Below, one piece after another: positions 39,632-48,270 of a DNA stretch of 64,000 bases; within the stretch, counting starts at the first letter, position 1, and every line of letters starts with the position of its first letter. This stretch comes from a virus. The stretch is taken from the IMG/VR virus record IMGVR_UViG_3300032223_001832, positions 8,419-72,418 of that record; one strand, written 5' to 3'. The notes beneath the pieces were generated by a model. The model saw only the letters and a list, made by a program, of their open reading frames with translations, searched no databases and was not told where the DNA came from. Both the position numbers and the translations under genes were made by a program.

Positions 39632-39818
39632 TTACACGGGGAATATGGACCATGAGCATGAGATATGCCATGAGTGCCCACACTGTGAGTCCAACCTTTG
39701 GAATGTAAAGGTCAGTTTTGACGACTATGAGATAGCCCAATACCTGCTCCCTATGGAATGCGCTATCTGTGGTTCTTACGCCACTGCCCCTACCCCTTTA
39801 GACAGACCAATAGCTTAA
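39588..39818 (+). CDS. Zinc-ribbon protein (start uncertain)
   Basis: CPHC...CAIC. Confidence 0.65.
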   Translation: MKGFALRPIRALKPDYTGNMDHEHEICHECPHCESNLWNVKVSFDDYEIAQYLLPMECAICGSYATAPTPLDRPIA

Positions 39819-39874
39819 ATTCGTTCATAATTTATTCTGCGGGAGAACACCATTCGTAACCCAAGGAGCATAAA

Positions 39875-40153
39875 TTGACAGAACAAGAAGATACCAACGT
39901 ACTCAGAGTAGGCGCTGGAAGTAATCCCCAAGCTGTAGCCTCGGCTATTGCACACAGTGTTTATGAAACACGCGCAGCTAAAATCCGTGCCGTAGGTGCG
40001 GGAGCTGTAAACCAAGCCGTTAAAGCCATTGCAATTGCACGTGGTTACACAGCCCCTCGAGGCCTAGACCTAGTCTGTATTCCTGGTTTTTCAACTATTA
40101 AGAGCCATGACGGCGATATCTCAGCTATTGTCTTTGATGTTAAGGCTAATTAA
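39875..40153 (+). CDS. spoVS: SpoVS-family protein (Alba-like fold)
   Basis: VLRV...S.P.AVA.AIA...AVGAGAVNQAVKAIAIARG....G.DL.CIP.F; AAGGAG RBS and TTG start. Confidence 0.9.
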   Translation: MTEQEDTNVLRVGAGSNPQAVASAIAHSVYETRAAKIRAVGAGAVNQAVKAIAIARGYTAPRGLDLVCIPGFSTIKSHDGDISAIVFDVKAN

Positions 40154-40214
40154 GGCTGTATTTAATTAGTAAATACCGTACATTTAACAGACACCTTAGG
40201 CCAAAGGAAACTAT

Positions 40215-40538
40215 ATGAAGACAGATTCAAAGAAGAACCCAGCGCCACTTGCGCCTACTTCTACTGCGCCAGGAAAGGCTCCAGCACACACTGTTGCTAA
40301 GCCTGAAAAAGGAACGCTTGTTAAGAAGAAGAACACAGCTGCTGGCGACCCAACAAAGATGGCTAAACCATCTCGTTCGCACACAACAGCTAATGCACGT
40401 GGCGGCGCTCGCTACGGTGTTCGCGTAAAGTTCCAAAAGACAGAAGCACCAGAAGCTGGCGCTACCCAAGGTAACGGACGCATTTTGCCATCTGTTATGG
40501 GTCAGTCTGCAAACTGGAAAGCTGGCGCGGCTGAATAA
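40215..40538 (+). CDS. Basic low-complexity protein
   Basis: AAGGA RBS; K/A/P/T-rich. Confidence 0.7.
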   Translation: MKTDSKKNPAPLAPTSTAPGKAPAHTVAKPEKGTLVKKKNTAAGDPTKMAKPSRSHTTANARGGARYGVRVKFQKTEAPEAGATQGNGRILPSVMGQSANWKAGAAE

Positions 40539-40560
40539 TTAGCCGACTAAACTACAAATT

Positions 40561-40585
40561 GCCCCGTCGAAAGGCGGGGTTTTTT
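40561..40585 (+). terminator. Intrinsic terminator
   Basis: GCCCCGTC-GAAA-GGCGGGGT followed by TTTTT. Confidence 0.88.
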
Positions 40586-40648
40586 GTTTCCATAATTACA
40601 ACCGTGTGATAGGCTTTTGTTGCAATCACGATGGCAACGAGGAGTCAT

Positions 40649-40879
40649 ATGTTAGACGTGTTGAACAAGCACTTGGTAGCAGCGCCAGCTCTATGCGTCG
40701 TTGGCCAGTGGACAAATACATTAACACAAGAAGAACAAGAAGCCTTCACCGCTTTACGCAACAACTCTAAAGTTATTGCTGCGTCTTTGTATAAAGATTT
40801 AAACGATGAAACAGAATTACCCTTTAAACTCACTGCTTTTCGTTCACACATGCGAGGATACTGCACATGTCAAAATTAA
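40649..40879 (+). CDS. Small HTH-like protein with Cys/His
   Basis: GAGGAG RBS before the ATG at 40649; C.V...H.RG.C.C. Confidence 0.65.
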   Translation: MLDVLNKHLVAAPALCVVGQWTNTLTQEEQEAFTALRNNSKVIAASLYKDLNDETELPFKLTAFRSHMRGYCTCQN

Positions 40880-42069
40880 ATGCTTTAGGAAAAGCCCTTA
40901 TTAATGCTGAATTAAATGGGGCAGAGGAGGATATAAAACGCACTAATACTCCTCCAGAGTATCGTGCACGTCTTGACCTTGGTACTGATGGTGGGTACTT
41001 TGTATCAACACCGCGTACCGCTGGTGACCTTCCAGATGCAGTAGAGCTATTTAAAGACTTTGATTTAGACCCAAATGTATGGACCGTAGTAAGCGTTCGT
41101 AAAAGCCGTTGGCAGACCTTTAACGGTGATTGGTTAGAAGCAGCCCGTGTAAACGTAAAACCCGCAGATGTAGCAACAAACGTGAAAGACCTGGACTATG
41201 ACCTACTTGTTAAAGAGATTAATTCCTTTAAGCCAAAGTCTGTACAACCTGTCGCGGGACCACTATATGCTGTCTACGCTATCGGCGATACCCAATATGG
41301 AAAAGACGCGGGAGGCGGAACTGAGGAGACAATTCAACGAGTGCTCCGAGGCCTTGATGCAGCTGTCGCAAGACATAAAGAATTACTTAAGCTCGGACGT
41401 CCTATTGGAACTGTCGTCCTCCCACAGCTTGGAGACTGCATTGAAGGAAGCACCAGCCAAAACGGAAAAGTCATTGGACGAAGCGACCTTGGAGTCACAC
41501 AGCAAGTGCGAGTTGGACGACGTGTACTCATGGCATGGATTAAAGCATTTGCACCGTTGTGCGAAGAACTGATTATTCCTGTTGTGCCAGGAAACCATGA
41601 TGAGCCTCACCGTATCATGATGGTTGACCCAACAGACTCATGGCAGATTGAAGTGGCGTCTGCTGTACAAGATGCGTGTGCAGAAAACCCAGCACTATCT
41701 CACGTTAAGTTTATGTATCCAAAGCCAGACCATGCCACACTTGCGGTGGAATTAGGCGGAACTATTCTTGGTTTTGCTCACGGTCATCAAGCTAAAGATA
41801 TGGGTAAGTGGATTCAAGGACAAGCAACAGGTCGTACACCCGTTGGTTCAGCTGATGTTTTAATGACAGGTCACTTCCACCATTTTCGCGCAGACCAAGT
41901 TGGCCCACGTTTATGGGTTCAAGTGCCTGCCATGGATGGAGGTAGTGCGTGGTTCCGTGACAAGAGCGGATTAGAGTCACCAACAGGTATTGTTTCATTA
42001 GTCGTGGGAGACGGTTACGACCCACGTCGTGATTTAGCAGTTCTAGCAGGAGAAAACCGCCTACCATAA
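40867..42069 (+). CDS. Calcineurin-like metallophosphoesterase
   Basis: GDTQ.GK, GDCIEG, GNHDE, HGH, GHFHH. Confidence 0.85.
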   Translation: MSKLNALGKALINAELNGAEEDIKRTNTPPEYRARLDLGTDGGYFVSTPRTAGDLPDAVELFKDFDLDPNVWTVVSVRKSRWQTFNGDWLEAARVNVKPADVATNVKDLDYDLLVKEINSFKPKSVQPVAGPLYAVYAIGDTQYGKDAGGGTEETIQRVLRGLDAAVARHKELLKLGRPIGTVVLPQLGDCIEGSTSQNGKVIGRSDLGVTQQVRVGRRVLMAWIKAFAPLCEELIIPVVPGNHDEPHRIMMVDPTDSWQIEVASAVQDACAENPALSHVKFMYPKPDHATLAVELGGTILGFAHGHQAKDMGKWIQGQATGRTPVGSADVLMTGHFHHFRADQVGPRLWVQVPAMDGGSAWFRDKSGLESPTGIVSLVVGDGYDPRRDLAVLAGENRLP

Positions 42070-42073
42070 GGGT

Positions 42074-42598
42074 ATGGCAACTCATCAAAACGTACAAAAC
42101 CTGGGTGCAGGGGGTATGTATGGAACCAATACTGTTTACGGCGGTGGTGGTCAACCTGTTGCGCGTTCTGAACTCGATTTCCTTCGTTTAGGTGTAGGTC
42201 GTGCTCCACAAGCAGAATATCCAGATGGATACCTTGGAACTATTCGTACGCGCCGTGATGATAGAGGCCGCGATACTTCTGACAAAGTATTAAACGCACT
42301 TAAAGTTCGTGTAGGTCAGCGTTCATATCAACGTGGTGTTCACCGCGGTGAGCGCATTGACGTACAAGATTATTACTATCCTGAAGGCCTTGACAATATG
42401 CGTGGTATTGCGCGTCAAATGAAAGCCAAAAAAGATGGAAACGTTTACCTCGTTAAACGCAATGTTGAGGACGCCATGGCTATGCCCGCCCCTCATCTTC
42501 CTAACGATGGTAAAGCTAATATGAGAAGTACATCCCCAATGTCACTTGATAAACGACGCACAGACCAAATGGCTCGCATGCGTCCAGCTTGGAAATAA
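42074..42598 (+). CDS. Hypothetical basic protein
   Basis: TACCAT-N6-ATG context; YPDGYLGTI, SYQRGVH.GE. Confidence 0.7.
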   Translation: MATHQNVQNLGAGGMYGTNTVYGGGGQPVARSELDFLRLGVGRAPQAEYPDGYLGTIRTRRDDRGRDTSDKVLNALKVRVGQRSYQRGVHRGERIDVQDYYYPEGLDNMRGIARQMKAKKDGNVYLVKRNVEDAMAMPAPHLPNDGKANMRSTSPMSLDKRRTDQMARMRPAWK

Positions 42599-42599
42599 T

Positions 42600-42755
42600 A
42601 TGCCAAACTTAGAAGACGACCCAAAAGCTATCCCTGCCGCACCTCGTCAAGAGGTTTTTCATGGAACGCTTGCTGATATTAAAGCAACGCCTAAACCAAA
42701 TGCAGATGGACCTGATTCACGTTTAGAAGACCTTAACCGTAAGACTTTCTTTTAA
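42600..42755 (+). CDS. Small hypothetical protein
   Basis: ATG one base after the upstream stop. Confidence 0.55.
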   Translation: MPNLEDDPKAIPAAPRQEVFHGTLADIKATPKPNADGPDSRLEDLNRKTFF

Positions 42756-42763
42756 GGAGACCC

Positions 42764-43180
42764 ATGGGATTCATTAGAGCAGGTATCAACGTAGCTAAAA
42801 CCGCTGCAAAAGGCGGAACCCCAGAGGATATGGTCAAGGCTGGGGTAAAAGGCTTGGTCCCACGCCGTATGGGTAAGCTAGTAGACAAAGTTAATATCCC
42901 AGCAGGTACTGTGGATAATTCTGTTGCTAAAATAAAAAATACTATTTCAGACGTTAAAGCTGGATATGCTAGAGGCGCGCAAAATATTAATCATGTAGTA
43001 GACAATGGACGAGCTGGCACATTCCACCAAAGCACAGGTAGCATGCCACCCCCACCACGCACAACTGGTGGTCCGTCTACTTCAGCATTTGATGATTGGA
43101 ACAACTCAGGTAAAAGCGGTTATACCCCGCCGCCTCCACCACCAGGTTCAGGTGGAAAGATTCCTGGATGGGATGACTAG
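42764..43180 (+). CDS. Hypothetical protein with Pro/Gly-rich C-terminus
   Basis: AAGGAG RBS. Confidence 0.7.
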   Translation: MGFIRAGINVAKTAAKGGTPEDMVKAGVKGLVPRRMGKLVDKVNIPAGTVDNSVAKIKNTISDVKAGYARGAQNINHVVDNGRAGTFHQSTGSMPPPPRTTGGPSTSAFDDWNNSGKSGYTPPPPPPGSGGKIPGWDD

Positions 43181-43542
43181 TGGCAGGTAAATTTGCAGAT
43201 GGTGTCTATAACCATCGCCCCTGGACAGCGCCAACAGAAGCTGCTTATCCCCCACAGCAGTATATTGGACCTTTTCAGTCTAACGCTGAACGGTTAACTA
43301 GCCAGGCGCTTGCTGCATGGTCTATGAGTGGCGCGGAGATTCAAGAGTATGTTCGCCCACCACTGCCTCAGATTAAACTATTTCCTGAGCGGTTTGGTTA
43401 CACTGAGCATGAAATTGGTATTGAAGATTTGGTAAACTTGCCACGTAACGTAGCAACTACCCAGCGTGTAGAGTCTGACTTTAGCCAGACCCCAAATAGC
43501 GCACAGTCCACAAGCCGCAACACGTTAGGAGAAAGTATCTAA
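43180..43542 (+). CDS. Hypothetical protein
   Basis: TAGTG coupling. Confidence 0.65.
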   Translation: MAGKFADGVYNHRPWTAPTEAAYPPQQYIGPFQSNAERLTSQALAAWSMSGAEIQEYVRPPLPQIKLFPERFGYTEHEIGIEDLVNLPRNVATTQRVESDFSQTPNSAQSTSRNTLGESI

Positions 43543-43742
43543 TGCCTCGCAACAATAACGATTTTAATTCAGGACAATCAGGAGAAGCTGACAACGCCTC
43601 ACCTGTCGCGTCCCCGAAATCTGGAAGTCTTCATAAAGGTCGCTCAGGTTACTATGAAGAGCACCATTCAAGCACCCGTTATATCGGCGGTTGCAGGAAC
43701 TGTATGCGTGAAGAAAAATCAGGAAAGCACCCACTAGCATGA
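43542..43742 (+). CDS. Small hypothetical protein (H..CxxC)
   Basis: AGGAG RBS; TAATG coupling. Confidence 0.6.
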   Translation: MPRNNNDFNSGQSGEADNASPVASPKSGSLHKGRSGYYEEHHSSTRYIGGCRNCMREEKSGKHPLA

Positions 43743-43972
43743 AGAACGACCCAGGTTTATTTACAGATTCAACTGGCGAAGGTATGGCAGGAGCTGAAGA
43801 CGTTAGCCTTGAGACCCAAAAAGACCTTAATCGCACCCAATATAATGGTGATAATGCCTGTACCAAGTGCGGAAATGCCATTGACCCAGTACAATCATTA
43901 CTGAACCAAAAGGTATGCCCTTCTTGCGTTCGCAAGTCTCAATACACACGAGTGAAAGGCCGAATGGCATGA
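43739..43972 (+). CDS. Zinc-finger protein
   Basis: CTKCG...CPSC. Confidence 0.65.
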   Translation: MKNDPGLFTDSTGEGMAGAEDVSLETQKDLNRTQYNGDNACTKCGNAIDPVQSLLNQKVCPSCVRKSQYTRVKGRMA

Positions 43973-44178
43973 CCGTAAATAATTCACGTTCTGAGAACGC
44001 TGGACTACAAGATGGCGCAACTGACGGTAAGTACCGCAAGCGTCGTCCTAACACAGTAGTTGCACCAGGAATGGGTGATGAGCTTGTTGTCAAGAACCGC
44101 TCAGACCTACATCCTTACATGAACTATGGTTTTATTAATTCTGAAGAGCCGTCAAAAGTAAACCCAGCAGGTAATTAA
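43969..44178 (+). CDS. Small hypothetical protein
   Basis: ATGA coupling; G.TDGKYRK.RP. Confidence 0.6.
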   Translation: MTVNNSRSENAGLQDGATDGKYRKRRPNTVVAPGMGDELVVKNRSDLHPYMNYGFINSEEPSKVNPAGN

Positions 44179-44179
44179 C

Positions 44180-44638
44180 ATGGCGTGGGGTAAGGTATTT
44201 GACAGTGTTCAGGACAGGGCAAGTTTGCCTCAACGTCGTCCTTTAGCAGAAGCAAAAAACAAAGAAGATTTGCCTTCTATGTTAAAAGGCTTTAGAACTA
44301 AAGAGATTGACAACACTGTAGGTAATCTTACCGATTTAGCTACAAGTGGAGCTTACAAAAAAGGTAAGTGGAACAATAATGTTCGTACTATTCAACGCCA
44401 TGATGAAGAAGGTTATGGTCGTGGTTCAGGCATATTGCCTAATTACGATAGCAAACAGTTTAACCAACTAAGCACAGAATTAACTGACGCAACAGCTTCA
44501 GGAAAGATTGCACGTCATAACGCAGGTGTTCGTTCACGTCAAGGAACTGACTTTGACCGTGCTACAGGTGAGCATTATGCGCCATCTAATACACCAGTTA
44601 TTAAAATAGATTCCAGCAAACCAGGCGGACGCGCATGA
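44180..44638 (+). CDS. Hypothetical protein
   Basis: Tightly packed operon. Confidence 0.65.
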   Translation: MAWGKVFDSVQDRASLPQRRPLAEAKNKEDLPSMLKGFRTKEIDNTVGNLTDLATSGAYKKGKWNNNVRTIQRHDEEGYGRGSGILPNYDSKQFNQLSTELTDATASGKIARHNAGVRSRQGTDFDRATGEHYAPSNTPVIKIDSSKPGGRA

Positions 44639-44847
44639 ACGTTCGTCGCAGAGAAAAAGATGAAACACGCGTTTTTAAAAAAATGGGTGAAGCCATTGGT
44701 TGGGGTCGTGACGAAGGTGTCGCATACAGCAAGCATAATGACGATAGAATAGATTCAGGTAAAGGTGGCGTAGACTACCTTCAAGCTTTCACACCAGGCC
44801 AAGGAATGAACGACGGAAACGTAATCCTTAAGAAGGGTAAGAACTAA
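44635..44847 (+). CDS. Small hypothetical protein
   Basis: ATGA coupling. Confidence 0.6.
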   Translation: MNVRRREKDETRVFKKMGEAIGWGRDEGVAYSKHNDDRIDSGKGGVDYLQAFTPGQGMNDGNVILKKGKN

Positions 44848-45110
44848 TGGCATCAGTACCAGATAGAGCAAAGAACCCAGCTCGCGTACATAACCCAGGT
44901 ACCGAAGGTATCTTGTGGCAAAAGGAAGCTATGCACAAAGTGCATGACCCTCGCGAAGGTGTTCTTTGGGACAAAAGCCATCAAACTAAAGAAGAAATTG
45001 ATGAGCGCGATTCAAAGATGCTATCTAAGTATGGCCAAGACGCAATTGATTCTAATAAAGAACACGAAGCTCGCCACGCTGCTGAGAAAGCAGAGTTTGA
45101 AGGTAAGTAA
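44847..45110 (+). CDS. Small hypothetical protein with internal repeat (VHxP.xEGxLWxK twice)
   Basis: TAATG coupling; VHNPGTEGILWQK / VHDPREGVLWDK. Confidence 0.65.
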   Translation: MASVPDRAKNPARVHNPGTEGILWQKEAMHKVHDPREGVLWDKSHQTKEEIDERDSKMLSKYGQDAIDSNKEHEARHAAEKAEFEGK

Positions 45111-45571
45111 TGGGACGCCCAAAAAGAGGTACTAGCTCACCAGAAGGCGTAAAGCTGCCTAGCGGTAAAAAGTTATTTGACTCAGGTGAAGGTCGTTTTG
45201 TAGGTGCTGGCAAAGACCGCGACGGCAATATTTATTTTGACCGTGATAACACTCCTGAAGTACCTCACGGTAAAAAGATTAAGTTTAACCGTGAAAACGC
45301 TGCTCACGTAAAAACACTTAAAGAGAACAAAAACACAATGTTGCACGCTGGCGGTTACTTTTCGTTACCTAAGGGTCAAAAGCTAAGTTCTTTAAAACCA
45401 CCTAAGGTTAAGCACATGCCTGCTGATAAGCCTGTAGAAGCACCTGCTCCAACGGCACCTGTGTCGCAAACACCAGCTGCTAAGCCTATTGAACCCCCTC
45501 GCCAAGTACAAAGAGTTCCTCTTGGACACATGAGCGCAGAACAGATTCGGCGACGTAATAACGGCTTGTAA
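45110..45571 (+). CDS. Basic Pro-rich hypothetical protein
   Basis: TAATG coupling. Confidence 0.65.
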   Translation: MGRPKRGTSSPEGVKLPSGKKLFDSGEGRFVGAGKDRDGNIYFDRDNTPEVPHGKKIKFNRENAAHVKTLKENKNTMLHAGGYFSLPKGQKLSSLKPPKVKHMPADKPVEAPAPTAPVSQTPAAKPIEPPRQVQRVPLGHMSAEQIRRRNNGL

Positions 45572-45589
45572 TATGGTAGGCTTCTACCT

Positions 45590-46144
45590 ATGTCAGACGC
45601 CTCACTTGAGAATGAGTACATTCTCCTTCTAGTATGCAAAACCTGTAAAACCATTGAGGAAGTTCCTTATGCTAAAACAGGCAAGTACCTAGGGGACGGA
45701 AAGTACGACCAAACAGATAATCCTTTTCTAAAGGAAGCTGCCGCTCCACACGAACGCGGTGGGCATTTTGGTGTGCTAACCGATATTAATTTTGTGTACT
45801 GGATGACACCTAAAGTAAAGACCAGCATCATTGCTCAGATTAAAAAGCAATTTACTGGGGACAGCCCACTAACTGTAGGACTTGACGCTTTGGGCACAGG
45901 GTTCTATGATTTAAAGGACACCTATTCAGCTGACGCCATGAGTTGCTGGAAGGTCCACAACACGCCAAAAGGGCAGTGTTCGGACTACAAGACTGACCGA
46001 AAGCTTCTTAACGCAGGTACCGATAAGGAACGTGCCGCAGAAGGTTTAGGAAAGTCGACAATTAGAGTTCACTTGTGCGATTTCTGCCCTGTGAAAATGT
46101 ACAACCAACAGAAAGCCTATCAGGCGAGAGGACTATACGAATGA
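45590..46144 (+). CDS. Cys-containing hypothetical protein
   Basis: CKTC, CW..H..P...C, CDFCP; leaderless context. Confidence 0.7.
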   Translation: MSDASLENEYILLLVCKTCKTIEEVPYAKTGKYLGDGKYDQTDNPFLKEAAAPHERGGHFGVLTDINFVYWMTPKVKTSIIAQIKKQFTGDSPLTVGLDALGTGFYDLKDTYSADAMSCWKVHNTPKGQCSDYKTDRKLLNAGTDKERAAEGLGKSTIRVHLCDFCPVKMYNQQKAYQARGLYE

Positions 46145-46425
46145 GCGAAGCAAAAGAAGCCGTTACAGCTTTTATTATTGTTAAAGATGATAAAGGTTTT
46201 TACACAGCTATCACTGACCTTGCAACAGAAATTAATATTGAAGATGTTGCTACCTTGCAGGATATTAAGACCGCTTGTACTGAAATTTTAGATTCTATTA
46301 ACCAGCAGACAATTGCTGCGTCTGTAGTTTCTCAGCTTATTCAGCTAAACCGCCCTGCACAGAGCGAAGAAGCCGTAGAAGAAGCCACTGTAGTTACAGA
46401 TGAGGCCACAGAAACCGCAGAGTAA
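46141..46425 (+). CDS. Acidic hypothetical protein
   Basis: GAGG RBS; ATG at 46141. Confidence 0.65.
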   Translation: MSEAKEAVTAFIIVKDDKGFYTAITDLATEINIEDVATLQDIKTACTEILDSINQQTIAASVVSQLIQLNRPAQSEEAVEEATVVTDEATETAE

Positions 46426-46539
46426 CCATTTATCGTCCTTTATACCCCCTTTTGGCCAAAAGCCTAGGGGGTATTAAGCTTTTCAGGGGCAGTATCGCAC
46501 GGGTATACTGTATGTACAGCCTAACGCAAGGAAGCCACC

Positions 46540-46746
46540 ATGTTTATCGAAATGTCTTGCCAATGCAGCGCTTCGTTTCAAGCAGATTCAGACGAGAGCG
46601 AAACACTAGTAATGGTGTGGGCTCATTCATTTGTTAATGCTCATAAAGAATGCGGCTACATGACAAAGCCATCTGTCCATGAGATGGAAGAAAAGATGAA
46701 GCGTTACGACACTATCTACAAGGAAGAACGAGAAAAAGAACTATAA
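46540..46746 (+). CDS. Small hypothetical protein (CxC..H..C)
   Basis: AAGGA RBS; TATACT upstream. Confidence 0.6.
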   Translation: MFIEMSCQCSASFQADSDESETLVMVWAHSFVNAHKECGYMTKPSVHEMEEKMKRYDTIYKEEREKEL

Positions 46747-46753
46747 TAGGCAA

Positions 46754-47683
46754 ATGGATTTCTACGCAGCACTAGTCGCGCAAGCAGAACCAGTGTCAGT
46801 AGAGCCAGCTGAGACTTCTTACTTCAGCACTCCAGGAGCTGGGTTAGACCCCCGCCTTGTTCGTAACGGAAAAATAGTACCTACAGTACGTTCGGCAATT
46901 ATACGTGTTTTATTTGAACACTTGAAAAATCATTACTATAACCCTGAGGCATACCTTCACGTTTGGCTTGCAGGCTCAGCCATTTCCTATCAGTGGACTT
47001 CAGCTCGTACGCCAGCTGACCTAGACTGCCTAGTCGGCGTTAATTATTTATTATTTAGACAATCTAATCCTAAGTACAAAGCGCTTAGCGATAAACAAAT
47101 ATCTGACATGTTCAATGAAGATTTCAGAGAGTCGTTGCACCCAAAAACTAATAACTTCTTAGATGCGTTTGAGCTTACCTTCTATGTAAATGTTGCGCCA
47201 GACATTAAAGCAATCAAACCATACGCAGCTTATTCATTGACAAACGATGACTGGGTAGTAATGCCTGAGATTAAAAGCGCACCTACTAATAAAGCATGGG
47301 AACAGCGTGTGCTACGCGATAAGTCCATGACAGAAGATATTTTAGAACGTTACACTGTAGCTTTAACAGCAATCAGCAGCTCAACTACAGATACAGCTAG
47401 AAAGAATGCTGAAGCTGCATTGAAGCTAGCAGTAGAGCAGGGCGCTGCTTTATTTGAAGATATACACAGCGGTCGCAAAGCAGCATTTAGCCCAGCTGGT
47501 CAAGGATATTCCGACGCAAACAATTATCGTTGGCAAGCTGGAAAAGCTGCTGGTACAGTTCAGGCCCTCAAGAAGTTAAAAGATATTAACTCTAGAGGTC
47601 GTAAGTCATTTGAAGAATCAACTTACGGAATGGCATTACCAGACGCAAGTACACTGATTAGACGTGCACTAAGCGGGCACTAA
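46754..47683 (+). CDS. Nucleotidyltransferase (Pol-beta superfamily)
   Basis: LAGS.ISYQW.....DLD.LV...ELTFYVN; TATAAT-N6-ATG context. Confidence 0.7.
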   Translation: MDFYAALVAQAEPVSVEPAETSYFSTPGAGLDPRLVRNGKIVPTVRSAIIRVLFEHLKNHYYNPEAYLHVWLAGSAISYQWTSARTPADLDCLVGVNYLLFRQSNPKYKALSDKQISDMFNEDFRESLHPKTNNFLDAFELTFYVNVAPDIKAIKPYAAYSLTNDDWVVMPEIKSAPTNKAWEQRVLRDKSMTEDILERYTVALTAISSSTTDTARKNAEAALKLAVEQGAALFEDIHSGRKAAFSPAGQGYSDANNYRWQAGKAAGTVQALKKLKDINSRGRKSFEESTYGMALPDASTLIRRALSGH

Positions 47684-47769
47684 TGTGTAAAGAGTGCGGA
47701 GACTGCGCCCGAGAGCATATTCATGACCCGTTAGCAGGGGTAGACGAGGCAGAACAGAGTATTATTTAA
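47683..47769 (+). CDS. 28-aa Cys/His peptide (not in ORF track)
   Basis: MCKECGDCAREHIHDPLAGVDEAEQSII*; TAATG coupling. Confidence 0.45.
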   Translation: MCKECGDCAREHIHDPLAGVDEAEQSII

Positions 47770-47797
47770 TACCCCAAAGTAGTTGGAGAAATATATC

Positions 47798-48265
47798 GTG
47801 GCAATTTTAATGTTTGTCGATGGCGTTCTTAGAAGCCAGACAGGTTCACCCATCTATCAGGGTTTAGCGATTTATCGACTTTTAACAGAAGATAACCGTG
47901 TTCTACTTATCTGCGAAGATAAAAAGAAAGACGACGTGTGGCTACGCTCCCATAAAATTAATAAGATTGATGATTTAATTGGTAGAGACATCCCTGCCAT
48001 TACAGACGAGTTTCCAGAATGGCGGCAAGTTGAATACTGCCGCGGACAAGGTAGTATAGATTTTGTGGTAACGTCCAACCCTGTATTAGCCAAAAAGCTT
48101 TTGGAGGTTGGAATCACTACTATGGTATTCATGCAGCCCACTTACATTACTGAGGGTTTCAGACCAGACAGCAAAGAAGGCCGCAAGACTTGGGATGACA
48201 TTGTTGAGGAGATTACCTATCAACAAGAGCATTTCATTGAAGACCCAAGAATCAAACCAAAGTAG
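47798..48265 (+). CDS. HAD-superfamily-like protein with degenerate motif I
   Basis: ILMFVDGVL (first Asp of DxD absent); WL..H; GGAG RBS and GTG start. Confidence 0.55.
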   Translation: MAILMFVDGVLRSQTGSPIYQGLAIYRLLTEDNRVLLICEDKKKDDVWLRSHKINKIDDLIGRDIPAITDEFPEWRQVEYCRGQGSIDFVVTSNPVLAKKLLEVGITTMVFMQPTYITEGFRPDSKEGRKTWDDIVEEITYQQEHFIEDPRIKPK

Positions 48266-48270
48266 CAGCT

